From an uncultured Actinomycetota bacterium (GTDB lineage: Bacteria; Actinomycetota; Actinomycetes; Mycobacteriales; Mycobacteriaceae): DNA of 64,000 bases. Both the position numbers and the translations under genes were made by a program. The notes under the pieces are model-generated. The model was not told where the DNA came from. It did no database searches and was given only the letters and a program-made list of their open reading frames with translations. Shown one piece after another: positions 21,935 through 31,585 of this stretch. Numbering within the stretch: position 1 is the first letter of the stretch; every line of letters begins with the position of its first letter. The stretch spans positions 8,338-72,337 of the forward strand of contig CAVOUV010000016.1 of assembly GCA_963699655.1 (NCBI GenBank). The letters are read 5' to 3'.

Positions 21935-22584
21935 GGGATGTTCCCGAGCAGACGCGACGCCTGCACGATCAAGTCCAGACCGTCGCGGCCCGTGCGCTGC
22001 GACACCGCCGAGGCGCTGATGTCCTCGGCCGCGGCGATGTCCTTCTTGATGCGGTTGCTCAAAAGGCCCTTCAGAATTCGTAGTGAACGGTCATCGAGGG
22101 ATCCAATCAGATGGTCCCGACACAGCAGTGCCGCGTTGACCGCGTCGACGTCATGGCGATCTTCGCCCTGGGCCCGGAACGTTGTGCGCACCAGCGCCAG
22201 GCCCGGTTGCCGTTGGGCGGCCGCAGTCCATTCGATGGCCTCGCGCGCCGCCCACCATCCCGGTCCATCCTGAATGCGGGTACCGGCATCGAGCACGATG
22301 ACCGATCCCCAGCCGATCCCGAACCGCACGTCGATGTCCGGCGCCGTGCGCAGGCGTAGGGTGAGTGCCGCATCGATCGCATGGCCGACCGTGGGATAGC
22401 TGCCCTGGAATTCATCGCCGACCGTGAATGCGGGTGGGTCGATCGCGTGGTCCGCGACATCGCGAAGCGCACTGCTCACGTTCCGGTGCGCCGCGGCGCG
22501 GTCGGCGACATGACGCGAGCCGACGATGTCGCCGATCAGCGTCGCGCATCTCACCGATGAAGCTTTGGGCTTCACCTTTGTCAT
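21931..22584 (-). CDS. SatD family protein (nucleotide-cyclase-like palm plus C-terminal HTH)
   Basis: LIGDIVGSR, FTVGDEFQG, VRFGIGWG, QDGPGWWAAREAI; C-terminal KKDIAAAEDISASAVSQR HTH; TATAGT 6 nt before ATG 22584. Confidence 0.85.
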   Translation of the reverse strand: MTKVKPKASSVRCATLIGDIVGSRHVADRAAAHRNVSSALRDVADHAIDPPAFTVGDEFQGSYPTVGHAIDAALTLRLRTAPDIDVRFGIGWGSVIVLDAGTRIQDGPGWWAAREAIEWTAAAQRQPGLALVRTTFRAQGEDRHDVDAVNAALLCRDHLIGSLDDRSLRILKGLLSNRIKKDIAAAEDISASAVSQRTGRDGLDLIVQASRLLGNIP

Positions 22585-22631
22585 ATAAAGACTATAGCTT
22601 AATTTCTGGAATATGAAGTAAATTACCTCAT
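22557..22631. promoter_or_regulatory. Three 19-bp imperfect palindromic boxes at 28-bp period over the satD promoter and start
   Basis: ATGAAG-CTTTGGG-CTTCAC (22557), ATAAAG-ACTATAG-CTTAAT (22585), ATGAAG-TAAATTA-CCTCAT (22613). Confidence 0.7.
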
Positions 22632-22642
22632 CGAGGCAATGG

Positions 22643-23302
22643 TCACAGCGCCGGACTGACCCGGCAGTCGTGAGTGGCGCCGGCCGCGAAGCCACGTTGG
22701 CTGGCGACAGTGGACAGCGTCGACCGCAAGCGTCGGCGCCCGCGGTTGAGGCGCGACATCACCGTGCCGACAGGTGTATTCATCATGTCGGCGATCTCCA
22801 AGTACTTGTATCCCGCCACGTCGGCGTAGTACACAGCCATTCGAGTTTCCTCACGCAGCGCCATCAGGGCCGAACGTATCTCGCTGTCCGGCATGGACTC
22901 CAGTGCTGCGACTTCGGCCGACCGTGGCGGATCCACGTTGTGGGCTGCGTACGTCGCCAGCTGGTCGTCGGTGATGCTGCCGACGAAGTCCTCCTGACCC
23001 CGGCGCTTCTTCCGGCGGTACTGGTTGATCCAGTTGTTTCGCATGATTCGGTACAGCCACGCCATCAGCAGCGTGCCTTCACGAAAACCGCGGAAACCCG
23101 CGTAGGCATGCAGAATCGTCTCCTGCACAAGATCTTCGGCATCGTGTTTGTTGCCGGTCAGACGAAACGCGGCTCCGTAGAGACGATTTCGCAGCGGAAG
23201 GACGTCGCGTTCGAATCGCGCATCGAGGTCGTCGTCCGGCGCCGGAATCAAGGAGTCACTCGACCGTTGGGGACAATCGAGCCCTGTGTGAGGCGACATC
23301 AT
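22643..23302 (-). CDS. ECF sigma-70 factor, SigH/SigR-like paralog
   Basis: RFERDVLP...LYGAAFRLT...[42 protein letters not shown]. Confidence 0.88.
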   Translation of the reverse strand: MMSPHTGLDCPQRSSDSLIPAPDDDLDARFERDVLPLRNRLYGAAFRLTGNKHDAEDLVQETILHAYAGFRGFREGTLLMAWLYRIMRNNWINQYRRKKRRGQEDFVGSITDDQLATYAAHNVDPPRSAEVAALESMPDSEIRSALMALREETRMAVYYADVAGYKYLEIADMMNTPVGTVMSRLNRGRRRLRSTLSTVASQRGFAAGATHDCRVSPAL

Positions 23303-23419
23303 CGGTCCTTCGGAGCGAGAGGTGCTTAATGGGTAAGCGAAGGATGTCGCACTTCGACTGGCGATCGCATCAGCCGGTGGCTAGCCGACGTGACTAGTAA
23401 CCAGGCCAGGGGTGGGCGT

Positions 23420-26247
23420 TCAGTGATCCGGGCTGAGCCCCTCGTGCCGTACACGATCATTCGGCAGGACTCGGTCGAGCTGGCTGCGCGAGCTGATGTC
23501 GAGCTTCACGAAGACCTTGCTGAGGTGATACTGGACGGTCTTCGGGCTGATGAAGAGTCGAAGGCCGATCTCGGGGTTCGACAGCCCGTCGCGCGCCATC
23601 CGGGCTACCTGATGTTCTCGTGGTCGGTCAACTCCGTGGGGCTCGGGGCTGACCGTGCGTTTCCGGGCAGTCTCGCCGGTGGCCAGCAGTTCCCGCTGCG
23701 CCCGGTCGGCGAACGCCGCCATCCCCATTGTCTCGAGCAGTTCGTGTGCCGTGCGAAGTTGTTCGCGCGCGTCAGTCCGTCGGCGATCTGCGTCGTAGCC
23801 ATTCGCCGTAGAGCAGGTGTGCGCGGGCGAGTTCGGTTCGGACGCGGCTTGCGCTCGAGGTGGCTGATGGCCTCTTCGTAGTGTCGCTCGGCATCGTCGC
23901 CCTCGGCCAACAGCGCGTGCGAACGTGCCTCCACGCCGCGCGCCCACGCGGTGCCGCTGGCGCTGGTCATCTCGGCGATCCAGCGGGTTGCCTCGACCGC
24001 CGCCTCCGTCGCTCCGCTGCGCACGGCCGCCTCGATGAGCTCGGCTGCGGCCCAATTCGCGACACCCGGATACCTGGTGGTCCGGATACTCCTGGTGGTA
24101 GAGGGCTCGCTGGGCGGCGGCCATCGCCTCTTGGTAATTGCCAAGGCCGTTGTGCAGCACCGCCCTGCGTCCACTCGGCCACCGCGACCGAGATCCCTTC
24201 GCCGCGCCGTGGCGCTTCGTCGGCGGTCTGCTCGATGAGGCGCGACCGTCTCGGCCTGCTGGCCGCGCAAGCGGCCAGGCGCATGGCGCGCGTAGCGCGC
24301 GAGGCTGACTGCCGGTTGCCTCGGTCACTGCGTGCTGCTCGTCGACCAGCCCGTCATCGCGGTGAGGTCGCCGACGAACGACAGCATCAGGGCTCGCGTG
24401 CTGAGTGCGAGCGGGAGCTCGCTCAGCGCACCCGTCGTCCGTGCGAGCTGAAGGTACCGTTGCGACAACTTGTCCCAGTTCTCGTCATCCCACAGGTGGA
24501 GAGCGGCGAGGTTGATGAGCCACATCCACCGCAGCTCCTCGTCAGCCGACATGCCTTCGCCGAAGGTGGCCAACGCCTCCTGCAGGTCGGGCACCGCCGC
24601 CGGGTATCCCTCGACGAAGTTCGCCGCCAACCCGTCGAGGAGGAGATCGGGTGCGCGAGAGGCGTGTGACGGCCGCGGCGCCGCGGCGGCTCCCCGCGCG
24701 ACCTCGAGTACTCCGCCGCCGGGACTGGCAAGGCGGCCGGCGAACGCGGCTGCATTGATCGCATCCAGGTAGGTCGCCCTGGCGAGACCGGCCTCGATCG
24801 GCTCGAACCGCTTGGCTGCGCGCAACAGCAGGACCGGAGCGTCACCGCCGCGGCTGGTTGCGAAGGCGAGTTGGGCGCGTATCAGGTCGACCGTGGCGTG
24901 CTGGATCTCATCCAGCGGCCCGGCCTCGGCCATGGCAAGCAGGCGCACCGCCGCATCGAACGCACCGGCTTGAAGCTTGGTGCCTGCCGCGGCCACGGCC
25001 CGTTCCGCCCGTTGCGCCGGGTCGGGCGTCATCACCGCCGCGCGCTCGAGGAAGGCGGCCGCGGCGGCCAGCCCGCCCCGCGCCCGCGCGTGCTCGGCGG
25101 AGCGCGCCAGCTCGGCGGCGACGTCCTCGTCCGGGCCCGACGGCGGCCGCGGCCAGGTGCCAGACCCGGCGATCGGGGTCGAGCGTCCGATCGGTGGTCT
25201 CGGCCAGAGCGCCGTGCACCGCCTGCCGATCTTCTGAGCGACGCTGACCAATAGACGACCGAGCGCACCAGGGGATGCCGGAACCGGACCCGGGTGCCGA
25301 ACTCGGCGAGCCCTGCCTCGGTCCGGCGTCGGATCGCTGCCGCGAAATGGATACCGAGCCGCTCGGCCGCCCGCCATGCCAGTGCCAGGTCTCCGGTCGG
25401 GTCGGCCGCCGCGAGCAGCAGGAGGCGGCGCGACTGTCGGCCGGGCAGGGCGTCGACGCGGCGCCGGAAGCTCTCCTCGACATCACCCGAGACCCGAGCA
25501 GCGCCAGGAAGTCCGAACCCGCCGGCCAGTTCCGCCGGATGTCAGGCCTCGAGGGATTTCGAGCAGGGCCAGCGGAATGCCGCGGGTCTCGGCGACGATC
25601 TGGTCGCGCACCCGGACGTCCAGCGGCCCAGCGAGCACGGAGTCCAGCAGCGCCCGGGCATCGGCGGCAGGCAGGCCGGCGACGACCAGTTCCGGCAGGC
25701 CGGCCAGTTCGTTGCCGGGTACCCGCACGCCGAAGACGATGCCGACGCGACTCCGCCCCGAGGCGGCGGGCGACGAACGCCAGCACCTGCGTCGAGGCGC
25801 GGTCGACCCATTGCTGATCGTCGATCAGGCACAGCAGCGGCAGCTGCTCTGCCACGTCCGACAACAGGCTCGAGTACCGCCAGGCCGATCAGGAACTGGT
25901 CGGGTGCCGAGCCCGAACTCATGCCCGAACGCAGTCCACAGCGCATCCCGTTGCGGCGCCGGAAGACGCTCGAGCCGATCCAGCATCGGCGCGCACAGCT
26001 GGTGCAGGCCGGCGAACGGCCAGCTCCATCTCCGACTGAACACCCGCCGCGCGCGAAGATCCGGCATCCCGGCGCCCGCGCGACCAGGTACTCCAACAGC
26101 GCCGTCTTGCCCACGCCAGCCTCGCCCTGCACCACCAGCGACGCGGCTCTGGCCGCTGCGCAACGCAGCGAGCAGCCCGTCGAGTGTTCGGCGTTCCGCG
26201 CGCCGGCCGGTCAGGGCCTTCGGAACGCCCTCGTCGGGCGAGCTCAC
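23420..26247 (-). pseudogene. Large ATP-binding LuxR-family regulator (AAA_16 plus HTH), multiply frameshifted (pseudogene or sequence errors)
   Basis: Fragments in different frames: LTGRRAER, GEAGVGKT Walker A, LCLIDDQQWVD Walker B, ETRGIPLALLE, AAAAAFLERA, C-terminal ARDGLSNPEIGLRLFISPKTVQYHLSKVFVKL. Confidence 0.85.
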
Positions 26248-26294
26248 AAGCACAGAAGGTACTGGGAGGTTTACCGTATGGCTAGCCGGAGGGG

Positions 26295-27358
26295 CTAGTC
26301 GGCGAACGCGGCGGCCGTCCTGAGGTGTTTGACGGCATCGGAGACGATCGAATCGATCAGTTCGGCGCACGACGGCAGATCGTCGAGGATGCCCGCAACC
26401 TGACCGGACGCCAACACGCCGGCATCGGTGTTCCCCTCCACCAGGCCGGCCTTCAACAGCATCGGGGTGTTGGCCGCCATCACGACCTGTGACCAGGTCA
26501 GTTCTTTCCCGTGTCGCATCGCCAGACCGTCGTTGATCATCGACCGCCAGGACATCTGCGACATCTTCTTGAATTTCTGCGCATTGCGCAGCGCCGCGCT
26601 GAAACCGCGTGACCGAGATCCGCTTTCGAGCTTTTCGACAAGGCCGGTGCGCAGCACCCGGTGCGGCATGCCGTCGACGCGGGTCGACACCACCGTGCCG
26701 TCCAACGCCGGCCTCGAGATAGCGTCGCTTGACGGCGTCGGGCACCGTCGAATCGGAGGTGAGCAGGAATCGGGTGCCCATCGCAACGCCCGCCGCACCG
26801 TAGGACAACGCCGCCGCCAGCCCGCGGCCGTCGAAGAACCCGCCCGCCGCGACGACGGGAATGTCGACGCGCGTCGAGCACCGATGGCAGCAGCAGCGTC
26901 GTTGCCACCGGTCCGGTGTGCCCGCCGCCCTCGCCGCCCTGGACGATCACGGCGTCGGCGCCCCAGCCGGCCACCTTCTTCGCGTGCTTGGCCGCGCCGA
27001 CCGACGGAATGACCACCACACCGGCCTCTTTGAGGCGGGCGATCAGGTCGGGCTTGGGTGCCAGTGCGAACGAGGCGACCTTGACGCCTTCGCGGATCAA
27101 CAGGTCGACCCGGTCGTTCGCGTCACCCGCATCGGCGCGGATGTTGATGCCGAACGGCTTGTCGGTCGCGGTCTTGACCTTGGAGACCGCGGTGGCGAGT
27201 TCGTCGAGCGTCATCGTTGCCGAGGCCAGGATGCCCAGGCCGCCGGCATTTGAGGTGGCCGACACCAGCCGGGCCCCCGCCACCCAGCCCATTCCGGTCT
27301 GCACCACGGGATGTTCGATGCCGACCAGCTCGGTCAGCGGTGTCTTCAGTCGGGTCAC
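26295..27358 (-). CDS. ipdC: IpdC (Rv3553 ortholog, nitronate monooxygenase-like flavoenzyme); two frameshifts (about 26870 and 26705)
   Basis: VVQTGMGWVAG, QGGEGGGHTG, MGTRFLLT, ASGQVAG spread over three frames; follows ipdB. Confidence 0.85.
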
Positions 27359-28104
27359 GATCGGATCTCTCTGTCCCGCAGTGATTTCGGATCGATCACC
27401 TGCGGATCAGCGCGCTGCTCCTCGCCGGAGGGGAGCCGTGTCGTGTCGGCGGAGTCCAGGCCGTGCACCTCGAAGGAGGTGTTCTCGGCCACCTGTTCGG
27501 CCTCGACGCCGGGATGCAGCGACACCGCCCGCATCTGGTGGTCCGGGCCGTTGAAGTCGAACACCCCCAGATTGGTCACCACCCGGTACACGTCGACGAA
27601 CCGGTAGCCGGGGTTGTCGGCGTCGACCTTGTCCCAGCCGATCCCCGAAACGATGTCGACGGACTCGCCGAACACTCGCTTGGAGTGGTTTCCCACCCAG
27701 TAGCTGGTGGCGTGGTTGATGGTGTTGCCCGGCGCACCGCGTACGCCGAACATCTGCCGGGTCGGGTGCTGTAGCGGCCCGAACGCCGAGAGATTCTGGT
27801 TGCCGTAGCGGTCGATCTGGTTGGCGCCCATGACCACATGGCGCCGGCCCCAAGACAGCGTCTCGAAGACCCGGCCGAACGGCATCCAGCCTTCGATCGC
27901 GCCGACGACACCGATCGCGGGGGTGTCGGCCATCAACCGGGCCTCGCCGTCGGTGAGCAGGATGTCGGGGGAGAAGGTCAGCCGGGCCAACCGGGCACCG
28001 ATGGCGACCATCGTCGCCATCGGGCTGACCATGATTTCGCCGGCGTCGCGGAAGAGTTCAGCGCAGGCGACGGCGCACACTTCGGCACGCGTCACGGAGA
28101 TCAC
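27355..28104 (-). CDS. ipdB: COCHEA-CoA hydrolase beta subunit IpdB (CoA-transferase fold)
   Basis: TRAEVCAVACAELF, QIDRYGNQN, FGVRGAPGN. Confidence 0.9.
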   Translation of the reverse strand: MISVTRAEVCAVACAELFRDAGEIMVSPMATMVAIGARLARLTFSPDILLTDGEARLMADTPAIGVVGAIEGWMPFGRVFETLSWGRRHVVMGANQIDRYGNQNLSAFGPLQHPTRQMFGVRGAPGNTINHATSYWVGNHSKRVFGESVDIVSGIGWDKVDADNPGYRFVDVYRVVTNLGVFDFNGPDHQMRAVSLHPGVEAEQVAENTSFEVHGLDSADTTRLPSGEEQRADPQVIDPKSLRDREIRS

Positions 28105-29018
28105 TTGGTCGCCTCTTCCTCATTGCTCCTCGCGTCCGTGGCCTTTGCGGTCTCGGCGAACTTCCGCACCGCGGCCTGGTAGTCGGCCTCGCCTCCGGAC
28201 AGATAGGTGGTGACGAACTCCTGCCAGGCTTCGTCGGAGGCGGCCGCCTCGGCGTAGTGCCGCTGGAACTTCTCGTCACGGCGGTAGTCGGGTTCGGCGG
28301 TCGTGAAGTGGGCGCCGTTGGGTGCTTCGACGACGGTGTCGACCATCATCCGGTTGATCAGCAGCGCCTGGGGCGGCACGGCCTTGACGAGTTCGTCGGT
28401 GGACACCACCCGTTCGACCGACAGGTAGCGTCGCTGTGCCGCCATCAGGAACAGATCGTCGAAGTACGGGTCGATGCCGGTGTAGGCGGCGTTGCCTTGT
28501 GCGTCACCGAGATTCATGTGGACGAAGGCGGCGTCGAGTGACAGCGCGGGCATCGCGACGAGTTCCTCGAAGCCGCCGTCGGTCGGATACGGCGACCTCA
28601 CCGTCTTGAGTTCGTCACCCCAGAACGCGCGCACATCACTGCCCAGCCCGGCGCGGATCGGCAGGAACGGCAGCCGTTGGGCCGCCGCCTGCAGGCCGCA
28701 GCGCAGCATGCCCTCGTCCATCTCGCGGGACTCGATGGCGCCCGACGTGCGGGCCTTGGCGAACCACGGCTCGTAGAACGGCGCCGAATCCAGCGACACG
28801 AAGCCGTAATACACGCGGCGCACCTTGCCGGCCGAGCACAACAGCCCGAGGTCGGGTCCGCCGTAGGTGACGATGGTCAGATCCTGGACGTCGGTACGCA
28901 GCAGCGCCCGCATGAACGCCATGGGCTTGCGGCGGGATCCCCAGCCGCCGATACCGATGGTCATACCGCTCTCGACCGAGGACACCGCCTCGTCCAAAGT
29001 GGTCCGCTTATCGGTCAT
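28101..29018 (-). CDS. ipdA: COCHEA-CoA hydrolase alpha subunit IpdA
   Basis: GIGGWGSRRKPM, YGFVSLDS, EMDEGM, LPFLPIRAGLGS. Confidence 0.92.
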   Translation of the reverse strand: MTDKRTTLDEAVSSVESGMTIGIGGWGSRRKPMAFMRALLRTDVQDLTIVTYGGPDLGLLCSAGKVRRVYYGFVSLDSAPFYEPWFAKARTSGAIESREMDEGMLRCGLQAAAQRLPFLPIRAGLGSDVRAFWGDELKTVRSPYPTDGGFEELVAMPALSLDAAFVHMNLGDAQGNAAYTGIDPYFDDLFLMAAQRRYLSVERVVSTDELVKAVPPQALLINRMMVDTVVEAPNGAHFTTAEPDYRRDEKFQRHYAEAAASDEAWQEFVTTYLSGGEADYQAAVRKFAETAKATDARSNEEEATK

Positions 29019-29770
29019 TTCGATCCCTTGTCGGTCCCGGCGAACGCGTCGCGGTGCTCATCGGAGACCCCGGCGAGGTTGAGCTCGAACGTAAAGCCTT
29101 GCTCCATCCGGTAACTGGAGTTCACCCGTTGCACATCGATGAGATTGAGCGCCTCCTTGGCCGCCCGGATGACGCGGGTGTCCTTGGCCGCGATGTCGCG
29201 GGCGACCCGCAGCGCGGCCTCGTCGAGTTCGTCGCGCGGGACGACTTCGTGCACCGAGCCGAAGTGGTGCAGCGTCGCGGCGTCGACGGTGGCGGCCGTG
29301 AAGAACAGCCGGCGCATCATCTGTTGCGGCACCAGCCGGGACAGGTGCGTGGCGGCACCGAGCGCGCCGCGTTCGACCTCGGGCAGCCCGAACGTCGCGT
29401 TGTCGGAGGCGACGATGACGTCGGCGTTGCCGACGAGCCCGATGCCGCCGCCGACGCAGAAACCGTTGACGGCCGCGACGACCGGAACGGCGCATTCGTA
29501 CACCGCGCGAAACGCCTCGAAGCAGCCCCGGTTGGCGTCGATCAGTGCGGTGAAGCCCTCGGTGTTCTGCATCTCCTTGATGTCGACTCCGGCGTTGAAG
29601 CCGCGCCCCTCGGCTCGCAGGATCACGACATGGGTGCCCTGATCGCGGCCCGCGGCGGTGACGGCGTCGCCCAGTTCGAACCAGCCTTTCGACGGGATCG
29701 CATTGACCGGTGGGTAATCGACGGTGACCGAGACGATGCCCGGCTCGACGGTTTCGGTGGTGATCGTCAT
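29015..29770 (-). CDS. echA20: Enoyl-CoA hydratase EchA20
   Basis: GFNAGVDIKE, GFCVGGGIG, FGLPE; precedes ipdAB. Confidence 0.9.
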   Translation of the reverse strand: MTITTETVEPGIVSVTVDYPPVNAIPSKGWFELGDAVTAAGRDQGTHVVILRAEGRGFNAGVDIKEMQNTEGFTALIDANRGCFEAFRAVYECAVPVVAAVNGFCVGGGIGLVGNADVIVASDNATFGLPEVERGALGAATHLSRLVPQQMMRRLFFTAATVDAATLHHFGSVHEVVPRDELDEAALRVARDIAAKDTRVIRAAKEALNLIDVQRVNSSYRMEQGFTFELNLAGVSDEHRDAFAGTDKGSK

Positions 29771-29805
29771 GGGTGATACCTCAGTTACTCCGGGGTCGCT
29801 ACCTA

Positions 29806-29819
29806 AGCAAGCACTTGCT
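29806..29819. promoter_or_regulatory. KstR2 operator
   Basis: AGCAAGCACTTGCT between divergent echA20 and the SDR gene. Confidence 0.92.
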
Positions 29820-29834
29820 TGGTACCCTAGCACG

Positions 29835-30605
29835 GTGACCGACGCGCCAGACATGAACCTCGGGCTCTCGGGCAGGGTCGTGCTCGTCACCGGCGGGGTC
29901 CGCGGGGTCGGCGCGGGCATCAGCGCCGTGTTCGCCGGTCAGGGCGCGATTGTCGTGACCTGCGCCCGCAGGGCGGTCGAGGATCTGCCCTACGAGTTTC
30001 ACGCCTGCGACGTTCGCGACGACGATTCCGTGAAGGCACTCATCGACGCCATTGTTTCCACGCACGGCCGCCTGGATGTGGTGGTCAACAACGCGGGGGG
30101 CTCGCCCTACGTGCCGGCCGCCGAGGCGTCGGCCAGATTCAGCGCCAAGATCATCGAACTCAACTTGCTTGGGCCGCTTTCGGTTTCGACCCACGCCAAC
30201 ACCGTGATGCAGGACCAGGTGTCGGGTGGGTCGATCGTCAACATCGCCAGCGTCAGCGGACGACGTCCGACTCCCGGCACCGTCGCCTACGGCGCCGCGA
30301 AGGCGGGCATGGAGAGCATCACCAGCACGCTGGCCGTTGAGTGGGCACCCAAGGTCCGGGTGAACTCGGTGGTGGTCGGCATGGTCGAGACCGAACAGTC
30401 GGAGCTGTTCTACGGCGACGCCGACTCCATCGCGGCGATCTCGCGCACCGTCCCGCTCGGCAGGCTCGCCAAACCGGCGGATGTCGGCTGGGCCGCAGCC
30501 TTCCTGGCCTCCGACGCGGCCTCATACATCAGTGGTGCGTCGCTCGAGGTCCACGGCGGCGGCGAACCACCGCACTACTTGGCAACCACAACGGCGATCA
30601 AATAG
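29835..30605 (+). CDS. SDR oxidoreductase (Rv3549c ortholog)
   Basis: TGGVRGVG, NNAGG, YGAAK; synteny. Confidence 0.88.
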   Translation: MTDAPDMNLGLSGRVVLVTGGVRGVGAGISAVFAGQGAIVVTCARRAVEDLPYEFHACDVRDDDSVKALIDAIVSTHGRLDVVVNNAGGSPYVPAAEASARFSAKIIELNLLGPLSVSTHANTVMQDQVSGGSIVNIASVSGRRPTPGTVAYGAAKAGMESITSTLAVEWAPKVRVNSVVVGMVETEQSELFYGDADSIAAISRTVPLGRLAKPADVGWAAAFLASDAASYISGASLEVHGGGEPPHYLATTTAIK

Positions 30606-30634
30606 CTCGTCTTTGAAGCAAGGAGACCAGGAGT

Positions 30635-31537
30635 ATGGGATTGCTCGACGGCCGTGTGGTCATCGTGACGGGTGCGGGCGGCGGGATCGGGCGCGCGCAT
30701 GCGTTGGCGTTCGCCGCCGAGGGCGCGCGTGTGGTGGTCAACGACATCGGCGTCGGTCTGGACGGCTCACCGGCGGGCGGCAGCGCCGCGCAGGGTGTCG
30801 TCGACGAGATCACCGCAGCGGGCGGCGAAGCCGTCACCAGCGGGGCTGATGTCGCCGACTGGGACGCCGCCGCCGGGCTGGTTCAGACCGCGGTCGACAC
30901 CTTCGGCGGGCTCGACGTGTTGGTCAACAACGCAGGTATCGTGCGCGACCGGATGTTCGCGAACACCAGCGAGGACGAGTTCGATGCCGTCATCGCCGTC
31001 CATCTCAAGGGACACTTCGCCACCATGCGGCACGCCGCCGCTTACTGGCGCGCTCAGTGCAAGGCGGGTCGCGCCGTTGATGCCCGCATCATCAACACGA
31101 GTTCGGGCGCGGGCCTGCAGGGCAGCGTGGGGCAGGCCAATTACAGCGCCGCCAAGGCCGGGATCGCCGCCATGACGTTGGTCGCCGCGGCCGAGATGGG
31201 CCGCTACGGCGTCACCGTCAACGCGATCGCTCCGTCGGCGCGGACCCGGATGACCGAGACCGTGTTCGCCGAGATGATGGCGACCCAGGATGCCGAATTC
31301 GACGCGATGGCACCGGAAAACATTTCCCCGCTGGTGGTTTGGCTCGGCAGCGTCGAGTCCAGGGATATCACGGGACGGATGTTCGAGGTCGAGGGTGGCA
31401 TCATCCGGGTTGCCGAGGGCTGGGCGCACGGACCTCAGATCGACAAAGGCGCGCGGTGGGATCCGGTGGAGCTCGGGTCGGTCGTGTCGGATCTGCTGGC
31501 CAAGGCGCGCACCCCGGTCCCGGTTTACGGGGCCTAA
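30635..31537 (+). CDS. SDR oxidoreductase (Rv3548c ortholog)
   Basis: TGAGGGIG, NNAGIVRD, YSAAK; synteny. Confidence 0.88.
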   Translation: MGLLDGRVVIVTGAGGGIGRAHALAFAAEGARVVVNDIGVGLDGSPAGGSAAQGVVDEITAAGGEAVTSGADVADWDAAAGLVQTAVDTFGGLDVLVNNAGIVRDRMFANTSEDEFDAVIAVHLKGHFATMRHAAAYWRAQCKAGRAVDARIINTSSGAGLQGSVGQANYSAAKAGIAAMTLVAAAEMGRYGVTVNAIAPSARTRMTETVFAEMMATQDAEFDAMAPENISPLVVWLGSVESRDITGRMFEVEGGIIRVAEGWAHGPQIDKGARWDPVELGSVVSDLLAKARTPVPVYGA

Positions 31538-31585
31538 CTCTGCGAAACCGCCGCTGAACCGGAGCGTCCCGACCATGATGGGACG

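Noticed and set aside
22612-22631. Possible second IdeR box (TTACCTCA half-site)
   Set aside because: Only a half match; better explained as one of the three 28-bp-spaced boxes
22557-22631. Mini-CRISPR interpretation of the periodic boxes
   Set aside because: The units are degenerate, the gaps are only 9 bp, and there are no cas genes
23420-26247. Programmed frameshifting or several separate small genes in the LuxR region
   Set aside because: The fragments are collinear pieces of one AAA-LuxR protein, with irregular indels and no slippery sites
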